From Chiloscyllium plagiosum (taxonomy: Eukaryota): a stretch of DNA of 64,000 nucleotides. Under the pieces are notes generated by a model. It did not search any database. It worked only from the letters and a program-made list of their open reading frames with translations, and was not told the origin of the DNA. A program made the translations under genes and the position numbers. The stretch is from positions 14,652,276-14,716,275 of the forward strand of contig NC_057718.1 of NCBI RefSeq assembly GCF_004010195.1, in the 5' to 3' direction. Of the stretch, positions 51,931 through 64,000 are shown piece by piece (the first letter of the stretch is position 1; each line of letters begins with the position of its first letter).

Positions 51931-54900
51931 GGCAGGCAGTGCAGGGATCCCCTGTGGCCGTTCCCCTCAACAACAAGTATACTCCCTTGGATACTGTTGG
52001 GGGGGATGTCTTACCAGGGATAAGCAATGGGGCACAGGTCTCTGGCACAGAGTCTGTCCCTGTTGCTCAGAAGGGAAGGGGGAAGAGGGACAGAGCATTA
52101 GTCGATGGGGACTCCATTGTTAGGGGGACAGATAGGAGGTTCTGTTGGAATGAGAGAGACTCACGGTTGGTGTATTGCCTCGCAGGTGCCATGTCTCCGA
52201 TTGTGTTTTCAGGATCCTTAAGGGGGAGGGGGAGCATCCCAAGTCGTGATTCACATAGGCACCAATGACACAGGTAGAAAGAGAGATGGCAGAAATTCAG
52301 GGAGCTAGGGTGGAAATTTAGAGCTAGAACACACAGAGTTGATGTCTCTGGTTTGTTGCCTGTGCCAAATGCTAACGATGCGAGGAATTGGGAGAGAGAG
52401 GGGTTGAACATGTGGTTACAGGGATGGTGCAGGAAGGAGGGTTTTGGATTCCTGGATAATTGGGGTTCATTCTGGGGTAGGTGGGACCTCTACAAACAGG
52501 ATGTACACCTGAACCAGAGGGGTTCCAATATCCTTGGGGGGAAATTTGCTGATGTTCTTTGGGTGGATTTAATCTAATTCAGCAGGGGGATGAGAACCGA
52601 AATTGTAGTTCGAGTATACAGGAGGATGAGAGTAGTGAGGTCAGAACTAAGATTTCAAGTTCGCAAGAAGACACTGGCAGGCAAGAAGTTGGTTTGAAGT
52701 GTGTCTACTTCAACGCCAGGAGCGTTCAGAATAAGGTGAGTGCACTTGCAGCATGGGTTAGTACCTGGGATTTCGATGTTGTGGCCATTTCAGAGACATG
52801 GCTAGAGCAGGGACAGGAATGGTTATTGCAGGTTCCAGGATTTAGATGTTTCAGTAAGAACAGAGAAAATGGTAAAAGAGGGGGTGGTGTGGCACTGTTA
52901 GTCAAAGACAGTATTACGGTTGCAGAAAGGACATTTGAGGACTTGTCTACTGAGGTAGTATGGGCTGAGATTAGAAACTGGAAAGGAGAGGTTACCCTGT
53001 TGGGAGTTTTCTATAGGTCCCAAATAGTTCTAGAGATGTAGAGGAAAGAATAGCAAAGATTATCTTCGATAGGAGCGAGAGTGACAGAGTAGTTGTTATG
53101 GGGGACTTTAATTTTCCAAATATTGACTGGGAATACTTTCAAGTTCAAGTACTTTAGATGGGCCAGTTTTTGTCCAATGTGTGAGGAGGGTTTCCTGACA
53201 CAGTATGTAGACAGGCCAACAAGAGGCAAGGCCAGCCAAGTGTTAGATTTGGAGGTAGGTGAGCACCTCGGTAATAGTGACTACGATTCGGTTATGTTTA
53301 CTTTAGTGATGGAAAGGGATAAGTATATACCGCAGGGGAAGAGTTATAGCGGGGGGAAAGGAAATTGAAGTCAATGCAATTAGGCAAAATTTAGGATGCA
53401 TAGGATGGGGAAGGAAACTGCAGGGGATGGGCACAGTTGAAATGTGGAGCTTATTCAAGGAACAGCCACTGCTTGTCCCCCTTTTTAAGTATGGAACTGT
53501 CAGGCAGGGAGGAAGTGGTCAAGTGAGAGAGCTGTGGTTTACTAAGGAAGTTGCATCTCTTGTCAAGGGGAAGAAGAAGGCTTGTGTTAGGATGAGATGT
53601 GATGGCTCAGTTAGGGCACTTGAGAGTTACAAGTTAGCCAGGAAAGACCCAAAGAGAGATCTAAGAAGAGCCAGGAAGGGACATGAGAAGTCATTGGCAT
53701 TTAGGATCAAGGAAAACCCCAAGGCTTTCTACACCTTACCAAGAAGAAAAGAATGACTAGAGTAACATTAGGGTCAATCAAGTATAGCAGTGAGAAGTTG
53801 TGCGTAGAGTCAAAGGAGATAGGAGAAGTGTTAATGAATACTTTTCATCAGCATTCACACTAGAAGAAGACAATGTGGTCATGCAGAATGCTGAGGTACA
53901 GGCTACTAGAGTAGATGGATTGACGTTCGCAAGGGCAGAAGTGTTAGCAATTCTGCAAAGTGTGAAAATAGCTAAGTCCCCTGAGATAAGATTTATCCTA
54001 GGATTCTCTGGGAAGCCAGGAAGGAGATTGCAGAGCCTTTGGCTTTTATCTTTATGTCGTCATTGTAACAGGAATAGTGCCAGAAGACTGGAGGATAGCA
54101 AATGTTGTCCCCTTGCTCAAGAAGGGGAGTAGAGACAATCCTGGTAATTATAGACCAGTGAGCCTTACTTTGTTTGTGGGGAAAGTGTTGAAATAGGTTA
54201 TAAGAGATAGGATTTATAATCATCTAGAAAGGAATAAGTTGATTAGGGATAGTTTGTGAAGGGTAGGTCGTGCCTCACAAGTCTTATTGAATTCTTTGAG
54301 AAGGTGATCAAACAGGTGGATGAGGGTAAAGCGATTGATGTGGTGTTTATGGATTTCAGTAAGGTGTTTGATATGGTTCCCCACTGCAGGCTATTGCATA
54401 AAATACGGAAGCATGGGATTGAGGGTGATTTAGTGGTTTGGATCAGAAATTGGCTAGCTGAAAGAAGACAGAGGGTGGTGGTTGATGGGAAATATTCATC
54501 CTGGAGTTCAGTTACTAGTGGGTACAGCAAGGATCTGTTTTGGGTCCACTGTTGTTTGTCATTTTTATAAATGACCTGGATGAGGGGATAGAAGGATGGG
54601 TTAGTAAATTTGCAGATGATACTAAGGTCGGTGGAGATGTGCATAGAGACGAAGGATGTTGTAGGTTACAGAGAGACATAGATAAGCTGCAGAGCTGGGC
54701 TGAGAGGTGGCAAATGGAGTTTAATGTGGAAAAGTGAGAGGTAATTCACTTTAGAAGGAGTAACAGGAATGCAGAGTACTGGGCTAATGGTAAGATTCTT
54801 GGTAGTGTAGATGAATAGAGAGATCTCAGTGCCCATGTACATAAATCCTTGAAAGTTGCCACCCATGCTGATAGGGTTGTTATGTGGGCATACGGTGTGT

Positions 54901-55497
54901 TATCTTTTATTGATAGAGGGATTTGGAACCATGAGATCATGCTGCAGCTACACAAAACTCTGGTGTGGCCACACTTGGATTATTGCGTACAGTTCTGATC
55001 AATGCATTATAGGAAGGATGTGGAAGTTTTGGAAAGGATTCAGAGGAGATTTACGAGGATGTTGCCTAGTATGGAGGGAAGGTCTTAGGAGGACAAGCTG
55101 AGGGACTTGAGGCTGTTTTCGTTCTCGAGAAGAAGGTTGAGAGGTGACTTAATTGAGACATGTAAGATAATCAGAGGGTTAGATAGGTTGGACAGTGAGA
55201 GCCTTTTTCCTCAGATGGTAATGGCTAGCATGAGGGGACCGAGCTTTAAATTGAGGGGTGATAGATATACGACTGATGTTAGAGTTAGTTTCTTTACTCA
55301 GAGTAGTAGGGGCGTGGAATGCACTGCCTGCAACAGTAGTTGACTCGTCAACTTTAAGGGCATTTAAATGGTCACTGGATAGAGATATGGATGAGAATGG
55401 AATAGTGTAGGTTAGATGGGCTTCAGATTGGTTTCACAGGTCGGCACAACATCAAGGGCAAAGGGCCTGTTCTGCGCTGTAATGTCCTGTGTTCTTT
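51931..55497 (+). mobile_element. Near full-length decayed CR1 LINE: esterase-type ORF1 plus ORF2 (APE endonuclease and RT)
   Basis: ORF1: LVDGDSIVRG, HIGTND, LYKQDVHLN. ORF2: YFNARS, ISETW, GDFNFPNIDW, KGRSCLTSL, MDFSKVFD, KFADDTK. Many frameshifts and stops. Confidence 0.95.
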
Positions 55498-55631
55498 GTG
55501 TGAAGCATCGACCTATTGGATGGAAAGGACCTCTACTACACTAAGGGAACAGGGTGGGTAACCTGCTCCCAAAGTGTTTAGACTCTGGACTAGCTTGGAG
55601 GCCTGAATTCCCCTCCTCTTTTTAGATTTCT

Positions 55632-56080
55632 TCATTTCTATTTGGGATGTGGGCATCACAGCCAAAACTGGCAATTGTTGCTCATCCCGAATTGCCTTTG
55701 AACTGAGTAACTTGCTCATCCCTTTCATAGTCAACCTCATTCAGGACTAGATTAATTTAGGATATCTGGTCAGCAAGGATGAGTTGGACTGAAGGGTCTG
55801 TTTCCATGCTGTACATCTCTATGACTCTATTTCAGTGTGGAATCACATGTTGGCCAGATCAGGTATAGATGGCAATTTACCTCCCTAAAGTACATTAGGG
55901 AACCAGACAGCTTTTACCAAAGTTGTTGTGTTTATCATTACTGAGATTAGCTTTGTCTAAAAATTATTTAAATTTAAATCCCACCAGCTGTCATGAAGGG
56001 ATTTGAACCCATATCCCTTGAGCATTTGGCCAGGCCTCTGGGTTATTAGCTCAGTGACATTACCATCACACCACCATTTC
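55632..56080 (-). mobile_element. tRNA-derived SINE (19228-like) interrupted by a short CR1 tail (about 55745-55830, plus)
   Basis: Reverse B box gggatttgaaccc at about 55998-56010; inserted tail ends ctctatgactctat. Confidence 0.7.
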
Positions 56081-56837
56081 CTATACTATTGAGGGGAAGT
56101 GCCTGGATATGGGCTGGAGGCTTTGTGCAATGGCAAGGCTGGGAGTGGTGATGCATGGCTTGGAGCGATTACATACCCAGGTCAAAGGTCACCAATTCAG
56201 AGCCGAGGAGATTGGTAGCTATTTTGCTAAAGCTAACATCGTTGCTTTTTTTTAAAATAAGAAAATAGTTGAGTTTCAAATCTGTGCTAAGAGTGTTAAA
56301 AGAATGCTCTTGACTTTAAGTTAGAGCTGCAAAGTCATGGTGTCAGTGGACACTCTCATGCAGGTATCGTTCTGCAGTGCTGATGTGGGAGTCTTTGCTA
56401 CTGGAGCTGGTTGGTCAGAGGGTCATGGCTGCCAGTTAGTACAGTCAATTAAACAAGGATTACATTCTCAATGAGACAGGTTACATGGAGAAGAGTGCTT
56501 TCAGCTTGCTGGCTCCCAGCCTGGCAGCACGATTTCTTATAAAGATTTCAAGGAGTTGGCACGGGTGCAGGATAACTGCTATACCCAGGCCCTGCCAAGA
56601 AAATACATTGATCCAATATAAATATAGTCCAATATCACAAATGGCCAGGTAATCCAATGCCTTCTTGGGATATAATAAAGAGTGATTAAGATAGCACCTC
56701 TGGAAACTGTTCAGTTTTAGCATCTCTGGGTCTGAAATGCCAATAACTTCATCATGTTAATACTAGGACCAGAACTAGTTCATCATTTTCAAAAGGGGAA
56801 TAAAATCCAGCTGAATTGGACTGTCTATACCTGATGA

Positions 56838-56950
56838 AATAAAACAAAGAACTGCAGACGCTGCAAAGGTCATTGGACTTGAAATATTAACACTGTTTTC
56901 TCCCTACAGATGCTGCCGGACCTGCTGAGTTTCTCTAGCAATTTCGTTGC
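56838..56950. mobile_element. Decayed Penelope-like family B terminal repeat (also at about 36425-36570 and 19459-19570)
   Basis: ggtcattggacttgaaatattaac...cagatgctgccggacctgctgagttt. Confidence 0.6.
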
Positions 56951-58047
56951 CTCTATCTGATGTTGCCTTACGCCAAGTCTGTCCCAAATATGCGCACAAT
57001 GTAGCAAAAAGGTGCCAAAATACAGTGGAAGTTGAGCTGAAGTAGCCTTCCCATTGCTACAAATCACTGTATCCTCAGAGAAACTGATCAGAGTTTAATA
57101 GCACTTGCCTACGGTGATGTTTAGTTTATATATCTCAGAGTAATGCAGAGATGACACTCACTTCTAAAGCATAACAGATTGAGTTGCGAGAATTTTAAAA
57201 TATCTCTCCAAACACAAAATGTCTCCGTCCATTCTGACGACTCATGCTTGTCCAGCTTCTGTGGTGTCTGTTTATTTTGCTTTGACTCCACATTCAGGAT
57301 TTTTGATAAATCAAGCACAGATATCAGACTCTCAAAATTGACTGCAGGTTAAGTAACCCATTGAGAACCATTCAGGACAGCTGTCTCTTTAGCTGCAAGA
57401 CAACAATAGGGATTACTTTCTAGCGTGGACTCTCACTCTCACTTCCTACTTCTCCACAGTCCTTTCCCAACTCTTTTTTTCTATTGTTTCAGGATGAGGT
57501 CATGCCTTAAGGCTATCTGGATTTCTTAAAGCCATTCACCTGACTTGACCATGTATGCGATGAAATTTACTGAATTTCCTGAATTTACTCCTGAATGGTT
57601 TTAAGATTGTGTCCCAACAGAATTGAACAGACAAACCAGTTTCTCTGCAGTCACTCTTTTAATTAAAAATCTGCTTTATCATTTCAATAGCCCCGGCTGA
57701 ATTTTCAGGACCTGGAATGGGACCTGGAAACCACTAGGCCTTCAGATACGTTGACTTCCTGACCCCATTCCTGACATTGGCCACTCTGAGGCCTGGACCT
57801 TTCTCCACAACCCCTTGCTTCTATGAGGTGCGGCAAGTAATTAGACCTGTCAATGGCCTTGTTAAAGATAAGTTAAGGAAGCTGTCAGGGATTTTCCAAT
57901 TTCCCCAAATTGTCAAAGGCAGCTCCATTTCCAGAACCCTCTTGGCCGGCTGTTTAGGTGTCCCTCCTCTGTTTTCCCACAATAGAGCATCCCCAACCAC
58001 CACCATTGCAACCAAGCTGATGCTTTTTGGGATTTGATATACAAAGA

Positions 58048-58365
58048 AAAGAATCCCTACAGTGTGGAAACAGGCCCTCTGCCCAACAAGTCCACATCGA
58101 CTCTCCAAAAGGTAACCCACCCAGATCCAGTCCCCTACACTGTTACTCTACATTTATCCCTGACTAATACACCTAACCTACACATCCCTGAACACTATGG
58201 GCAATTTAGTATGGCCAATTCACCCTAACCTGCATATCCTTGGATGTGGGAGGAAACCGGAGCACCCGGATGAAATCCACACAGACAGTCACCGAGACAG
58301 GAATCAAACCCGGGTCCCAGGCTCTGTGAGGCAACAGTGCTAACCACTGAGCCACCGTGCTGCCC
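58048..58365 (-). mobile_element. HE1-like SINE
   Basis: Head and tail intact, small internal deletion. Confidence 0.9.
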
Positions 58366-59379
58366 CAAATATAAATTTGGAATTTATATTTTTCAGAAAA
58401 TGGCCCAGGCATGCCCCTTCTTGTTGAAGCGCCCTCTGAAGTATTTAGTCAGTACTGCAGTTGAGGGCATGCCTAAAGCTGGAGGCTTCTGTGGACCAGG
58501 AGCTTGGTTCTGTTTCAACTGGGGTCTCATGCTGCGAAGTGAAAGACTTACCTCCTAAAGGAGCAACAGAATCAGAATTGTACCCCAAAGTGCTGTGAAC
58601 TCAGCACAAACCTCTGACACACGTGTGGAGGGAGCCACAAACAACACAACACAACACCAATGAGTGTGGCTTCCACAGACCATGCGGCAGATTAAAACTT
58701 AACATCAGCAAATGAGGAGGCTAATGCTTGGCTTCAGAGATTTGCACTCGCTAAACAAAATAACACTCCCACACAATGGGTCACATGGCCCTGCTGCGGG
58801 GCTATTCTTGGTGCAGCTCAGGGTGCCAACTTTAAAAGTCGGCGCTGATGCAGGAAGAAAAGATTAGGTGAGTGACATACTGGGGCATGTTGTCTAACTT
58901 AGAATAGAAGAGAGAAAGCAACTTGACACTGCTCCAGATGCTGTGGTGTTTGAGGTAACAGCAGTCAACTGTGTTAAGTGTAAATTATATGGAAGCTGTT
59001 ATCAAGGTGATACTGCCTTGTAATCAAAGGCACATTAGACATGCTTATTTCCTGCATTTTGAGATGGGAATAATGCAGTTTATAGTTTTATTTACATTCA
59101 TTTCAGCAGCTGTTGGGAATTGAATCCTGTGTTAGTACAGGGTGGATGACCATAAAACTTACAGTAAGCACCTCCCCTTGAACAAACAATGAGCAGAAAA
59201 ATACAATGAAACAGGAGTACCCTTAACATGTGGATCACATTGGTTCCAAATTCTTGGACATCAGATTTGCTTTTGGATACTCAGCGGTGAGATTAGGAAA
59301 ACTGTGGTGCAGGTCTTCCAATGGGGAGACAGTGATTGCAGAAAATCTCGGCCATTAACAGGCGCAAAAGGTTACTCAC

Positions 59380-59860
59380 CGCTGCCTCAGACAAGTGTGG
59401 CTCCAGCAACACACAAGAATCTTGACAGGTCCAAAACAAAGTGACCAACGCCATCGGCACCCCATCCCCTACCCTCGACATTCATTCTCTCGCCCACAAT
59501 GCTCAGTCACAGCGACGTTTACCATCAACAAGATGCACTGCAGCATATCACCAAGGCTCCTCAGCCAGCACCTTCCAAATGCATGACCCTCCTGCTATCA
59601 TCGAGACGGACAAGGGCAGCAGATGCACAGGAACGCCATCACCTGCAAGTTCCCCTCCAAGCCACCCACCACCCTACCTTAGAAAGGTATCGCCGTTCCT
59701 GATCAGTCACTGGGTCAAGATCCTGGAATTCCCTCATATGTACTTGCCTCAAGTGATTCAAGAAGGTAGCTCACAACCGCCTCCTCAAGGTCAACTAGAG
59801 ATGGGTAATAATTGCTGACTCAAGTAGCAATGTCTATATACCCTGAATGAATAAAACTTT
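59380..59860 (+). mobile_element. L2/CR1-superfamily LINE 3' fragment
   Basis: acaagatgcactgcagc...aagggcagcagatgcac..., tail ending gaatgaataaaa. Confidence 0.65.
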
Positions 59861-59952
59861 ACAAAACCAATGAAAAACCAAGGTATATTCAGTGACACTG
59901 TGAGCTCTTCCTCCCAATAGTGTAAGGTTGAGCAGAGTCAGAGAAAACGTAT

Positions 59953-60066
59953 GAGAGTGAGTACTGCAGATGCTGGAGATGAAGGGGGGCTTTTGCCCGA
60001 AACGTCGATTTTCCTGCACCTCGGATGCTACCTGACCTGCTGTGCTTTTCCAGCACACTCTAATCT
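59953..60066. mobile_element. Penelope-like family A insertion with inversion
   Basis: gggcttttgcccgaaacgtcgattttcctgc...; 5' piece is an inverted copy of the repeat end. Confidence 0.75.
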
Positions 60067-60741
60067 TGATTCAGGGAAACTGCAGCCTTCCCTTTGGACA
60101 GAAGGACACACTGCCCCCACTTGCCCCATGCAATAAAAGATGGGATCAGAGAACAAAACAGCCCCAGCTCCCCATCAAAAATGGGATTTAATATTCAAAC
60201 AATGTTCTTTAAAATTAACAGGAACGGATATAGTTCAAAAGACAGTTTAACCTACATTATCCATCAGAACTTGCGCAAACAGCAGCCTAATGAGACATTT
60301 CCTTTTGTGTGATTTGCTTTTGACTTTGTTTTTCTTAGTGAATGAAAGTACATCATGTATCTTTGGCTATTTGTATTCATCTCCTGTGGTGTTTCTGTGT
60401 TGTACAAGAGATTTCAATTGTCTCAAGTGCTTGGCAATTTTCATTTTCCACACAGAGGGGTCCACCCCCATTCTGGAAGGTCAAGGAAGTCCCACTGTAA
60501 TCCTTGGCAATGTCTTAAAGCTTGTACATTTGGTGACTTAATATATTTCAGCAGAACATGACTGGGCCAGGGATCATTAGTTCAGGGATGTAGTCCTAGT
60601 ATGAGCGGGGATTAAGAAAAATGTGTTTCAGACCAACAACAAGTCACAGATTTCGTGCAGTCTTATGCGCACCTGGCCTGTGACTCAATTCAATCAGAAG
60701 TGACATGTATCAATTGGAATGTTCTACGTGAGGAATACCAA

Positions 60742-61157
60742 GAGGGGACAGAGAGAGAGAGAGAGAGGTGGGGGGAGAGGGACAGACAGCACATGCTTGA
60801 GCGAGTGACTGTCAGGGAGTGCAGAGAAAGTGGAGGGATGACAGCCAATGTGGAAGACTCCAGGGAAACACAATGAGACTATGAGGGCAGGCGACAGAGT
60901 GCAAGGGCCTGTGAGTACTGAGGAAGAGAGAGGGGTTGGGTGAGGGAGTGAGAGTGAGAATGATGAGTGACAGTGATGAGTGAGCAAGACAGGGAATGGG
61001 AAGGTGAGGGAGGCCAGCTGTTTGCCAGAGAAAGGCTGGATGAAAGAATGAGGGAAAGAGAGGAGTAGGGACGGGGAGAGGTGGAAAGTGAGAGAGAGTG
61101 AGGGTGAGAGTAAGATGGGTCGAGATATTAGGAAAGAGAGAGACATGAGGGAGAGTG
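60742..61157. repeat. GA-rich low-complexity tract
   Basis: Strong purine bias with (GA)n runs. Confidence 0.8.
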
Positions 61158-61891
61158 TATATTCGTGGCTGAGATAGACAGTTTTTTAATCAGTCAGGGA
61201 ATCGAGGGTGATGGAAAAAAGGCAGGAAGATGGAGTTGGGGATTATCACATCAGCCATGATCACATTGGATGGGCTGAATAGCCCTGTTTTATGAACTAA
61301 TGAATACAACAAATGGCGAGAAACAGACAATGAACTGAATCTAATAGAACTGGCTCATCTGTTCCCAGAGATTCCCTGCAGTTATCAACTTATTCCTAAC
61401 AATCCCATGACCTTATTTCTGAAGGGCAATGCTAACTGTGCAAGGCAGGATTGGTGGAAACAGCAATTCACATTGTAACAGTAGCAAAAGACTGTGCACT
61501 CTTCGGGAGAAAATTTCACAAAATTTCACAAACTGAAACTATAAAGATCCTCTGCTGATGTCAGGCGGTATTCCTGCACACTCCCCCGATACAAATCAGA
61601 GAACCATGGGATTTGTTTGTCAATTGCTGTTTAAAAATCTGTCAAATCCAGACCATGAGAATGTTGATTTTAAAATTCCCACCCTCGTTTTCAACACCCA
61701 CCATGGCCCAGTTCCCTACCTATTTCTTGTAACCTCCTCCAACCCCGCAACGGCCAAGTTATTCTGACCATTTGAGCCCCCCTGATTTTAGCTCTTCGTA
61801 ATTGGTGGCCATGCCTTCAGCTGCCTGGGCCTTGGAATCCCTTCGCCAAACCTCTCTGTTCCCCTTTAAAAGTGACCCCTTTGGTCAAGTA

Positions 61892-62231
61892 TTAGAATCC
61901 CCACAGTGTGAAAACAGGTCCTTCGGCCCAGCAAGTACACGCTGACCCTCTGAACAGTAACCCACCCAGATTCACTCCTCTATGACTCTACATTTCCCCT
62001 TGACTAATGCACCTAACCTACACATCCCTGAACACTATGGGCAATTTAGCATGGCCAATTCATCTACCCTGCATATCTTTGGACTGTGGAAGGAAACTAG
62101 GCACCCAGAGGAAACCCACACAGACACGAGGAGAATGTGCAAACTCCACACAGACAGTCACCCGAGGCTGGAATTGAAGCTGGGTCCTCTGGTGCTATGA
62201 GGCAGCAGTGCTAACCACTGAGCCACCGTGC
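61892..62231 (-). mobile_element. HE1-like SINE
   Basis: Head, V-domain and tail all recognisable. Confidence 0.9.
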
Positions 62232-64000
62232 CCCCCCCCCCCCACCGAAGTCTTTGGTCACATGACCTCTTATCTTCACTAAGGCAACTCAATATCATAG
62301 TTTCATTTGTAATACTCCTGCAATGTGCCTTGCGATGTTTCCTTGCATGAGAGGTGCTACAGACTCAGGAACATACTCTCACTGTGGAAGACTTGACTTC
62401 CATTTCACGTGAAAGTGAAGTGAGATTCACAAAGGCGTCACTGGGACACGATGCAAGTCTCACAGTCCCTGTTGTGACCCCAGGATTACCTCATCACCTC
62501 GCCTCGGTTTCAGCCTGTTTCTAAACATATTTTCATTTTCTTTCAGGAGTATCACCGTTAGCCAGGACCTCGAACCAGACGGTGCAGAAGTAGACCACCT
62601 GCTACACCTCACTTCATCTTTGCTTGCCCAGAATCTCACCTCCTGACCCTTTTGTCACACTGTTAACCCCCTTGACCCTGACGGCAAGACATCAAAAAGG
62701 GCAGTCAATGAACTGGGTACCTCTGTGGTTCCCTGAGAGCTCAGGGTTAACAGACGTGGCACTTTGCCATCCTTCAAGGGAAACTTGGCAGCGCACAGAA
62801 GGGTCCTTTCTGCTGGCTGTCTGCCGGGATCCCACAACATGTGTCACATTTGTCATCTCATTCATTACCAAGCGGAAAAGCATCGACGTCCCCGCCTCCC
62901 TCTTTCACTCACTGACCTCCCTCTGAGCTTTGAAGTGAGCAGGTTGTTTGTGGTGCGTGGAGGCAGCTGATAACCGCAGTTTAACGTTACAAAGTGTCGT
63001 GTGTGTTGGCAATTTGGAGAGAAGCCCTTAAATTCCCACCTTTGAAGTCCGAACCCTGCTTCCTTGGTCCGCAGTCAGATTTACCATTGTCCTGGGAGCA
63101 TAAAACCTCGCCCCTTGACCTCAGTCGCTTATGTTACAGTCCATGCTCCTCACTTTGTGCTGTGTTCAATTCTTAGTGGAGCTTGTCCGTCCAAAACAAA
63201 GAAGGCGAGAAGTCTTTAGTCTACAAAGAACACATCTCTATTCAGTGTGCAACTGCATTTTGTTTCATGGGGTCTCCTCGTACGTCTCTCTCGAACCTTG
63301 TTAAATCTATGATTAGTTTTCCCACAAATATCAAACATGTTTAAAGAAAATGCTCCCATCTATGTAAAAGACCGTAACATGTCAGGGCAGAAGCAGCCCA
63401 TTCAGCCCATCGAGCCTGCTCTGCCATTCAACGAGATCATGGCTCATCTGATAACCTTGAACTCCACTTTCCTGTCTTTTCCCCGTTATCCTTACTGACT
63501 AAAATCTGTCCAACTCAGCAACTATCACGACCTCAGCATGTCCCAAAGCTGTTCACAGGCAATAAGGTATTCTTGAAGAGTCACCATCATTGCAACCTAG
63601 GATATAAAGTCGCCAATCTGTGCACAGTAAGATCCCACTGACAGCAGCATTATACTGATTGGAATGACCTGTGTTACAACTTGAGGGATGTGATACATTG
63701 GCTGTGGCATTAGGGGGAAACCACATTGTTGTTTACTTGCACTGAACTGCAGTGGAACTGATTCAAAATAGGAGTTTCCTTGGGCAGAAGCTAATCTCTG
63801 TCACATCCCATGGCATTCCCTGTTTTCAGGAATCTGGATTGGTGGCCAGCAGTCTAACCTGGAATGACATTTGTTAATTGGAGAAACAAAAAGAAACAAC
63901 ATCTAGGGCTCCCTTGCCCTAGTAGGAATGCTGGCCACAGGCATTCCCAAGAATCTGTATCCTCAGGGACTGGAAAAAAACTCCTGGGTTGGAATCAATG

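Noticed and set aside
57440..62660. Good-looking plus-strand splice acceptors (tttcag at about 57492 and 62546)
   Set aside because: Downstream frames are short and resemble no known protein; they could be non-coding exons but are unsupported without transcripts.
1..64000. CRISPR arrays, operons or other prokaryotic systems
   Set aside because: No regularly spaced repeat-spacer arrays or dense coding; the sequence is vertebrate retroelement-rich DNA.

Overview
Eukaryotic, repeat-dominated DNA from a cartilaginous fish, most likely a shark. This is inferred from HE1-type V-SINEs, their partner CR1/HER1-like LINEs and Deu-domain-like SINEs; the species cannot be determined here. No intact host protein-coding gene is supported: nearly all listed ORFs are LINE/SINE fragments, chance ORFs, or run through the 655-N gap at 11415-12069. 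The one cellular-gene-derived sequence is a disrupted, intronless fringe-family glycosyltransferase retrocopy (4662-5110, minus strand), joined to one HE1 SINE and flanked head-to-head by another. The second highlight is a dense set of short, often palindromic Penelope-like terminal-repeat insertions from about five sequence families. Many have 10-15 bp target-site duplications and carry minimal type I hammerhead ribozyme motifs with palindromic stem III. The window also has a near-complete decayed CR1 LINE with an esterase-type ORF1 (51931-55497), many nested insertions, and several repeat-poor blocks that might be conserved non-coding elements. All repeat names are by-eye recognition, not database hits, and most boundaries are approximate.
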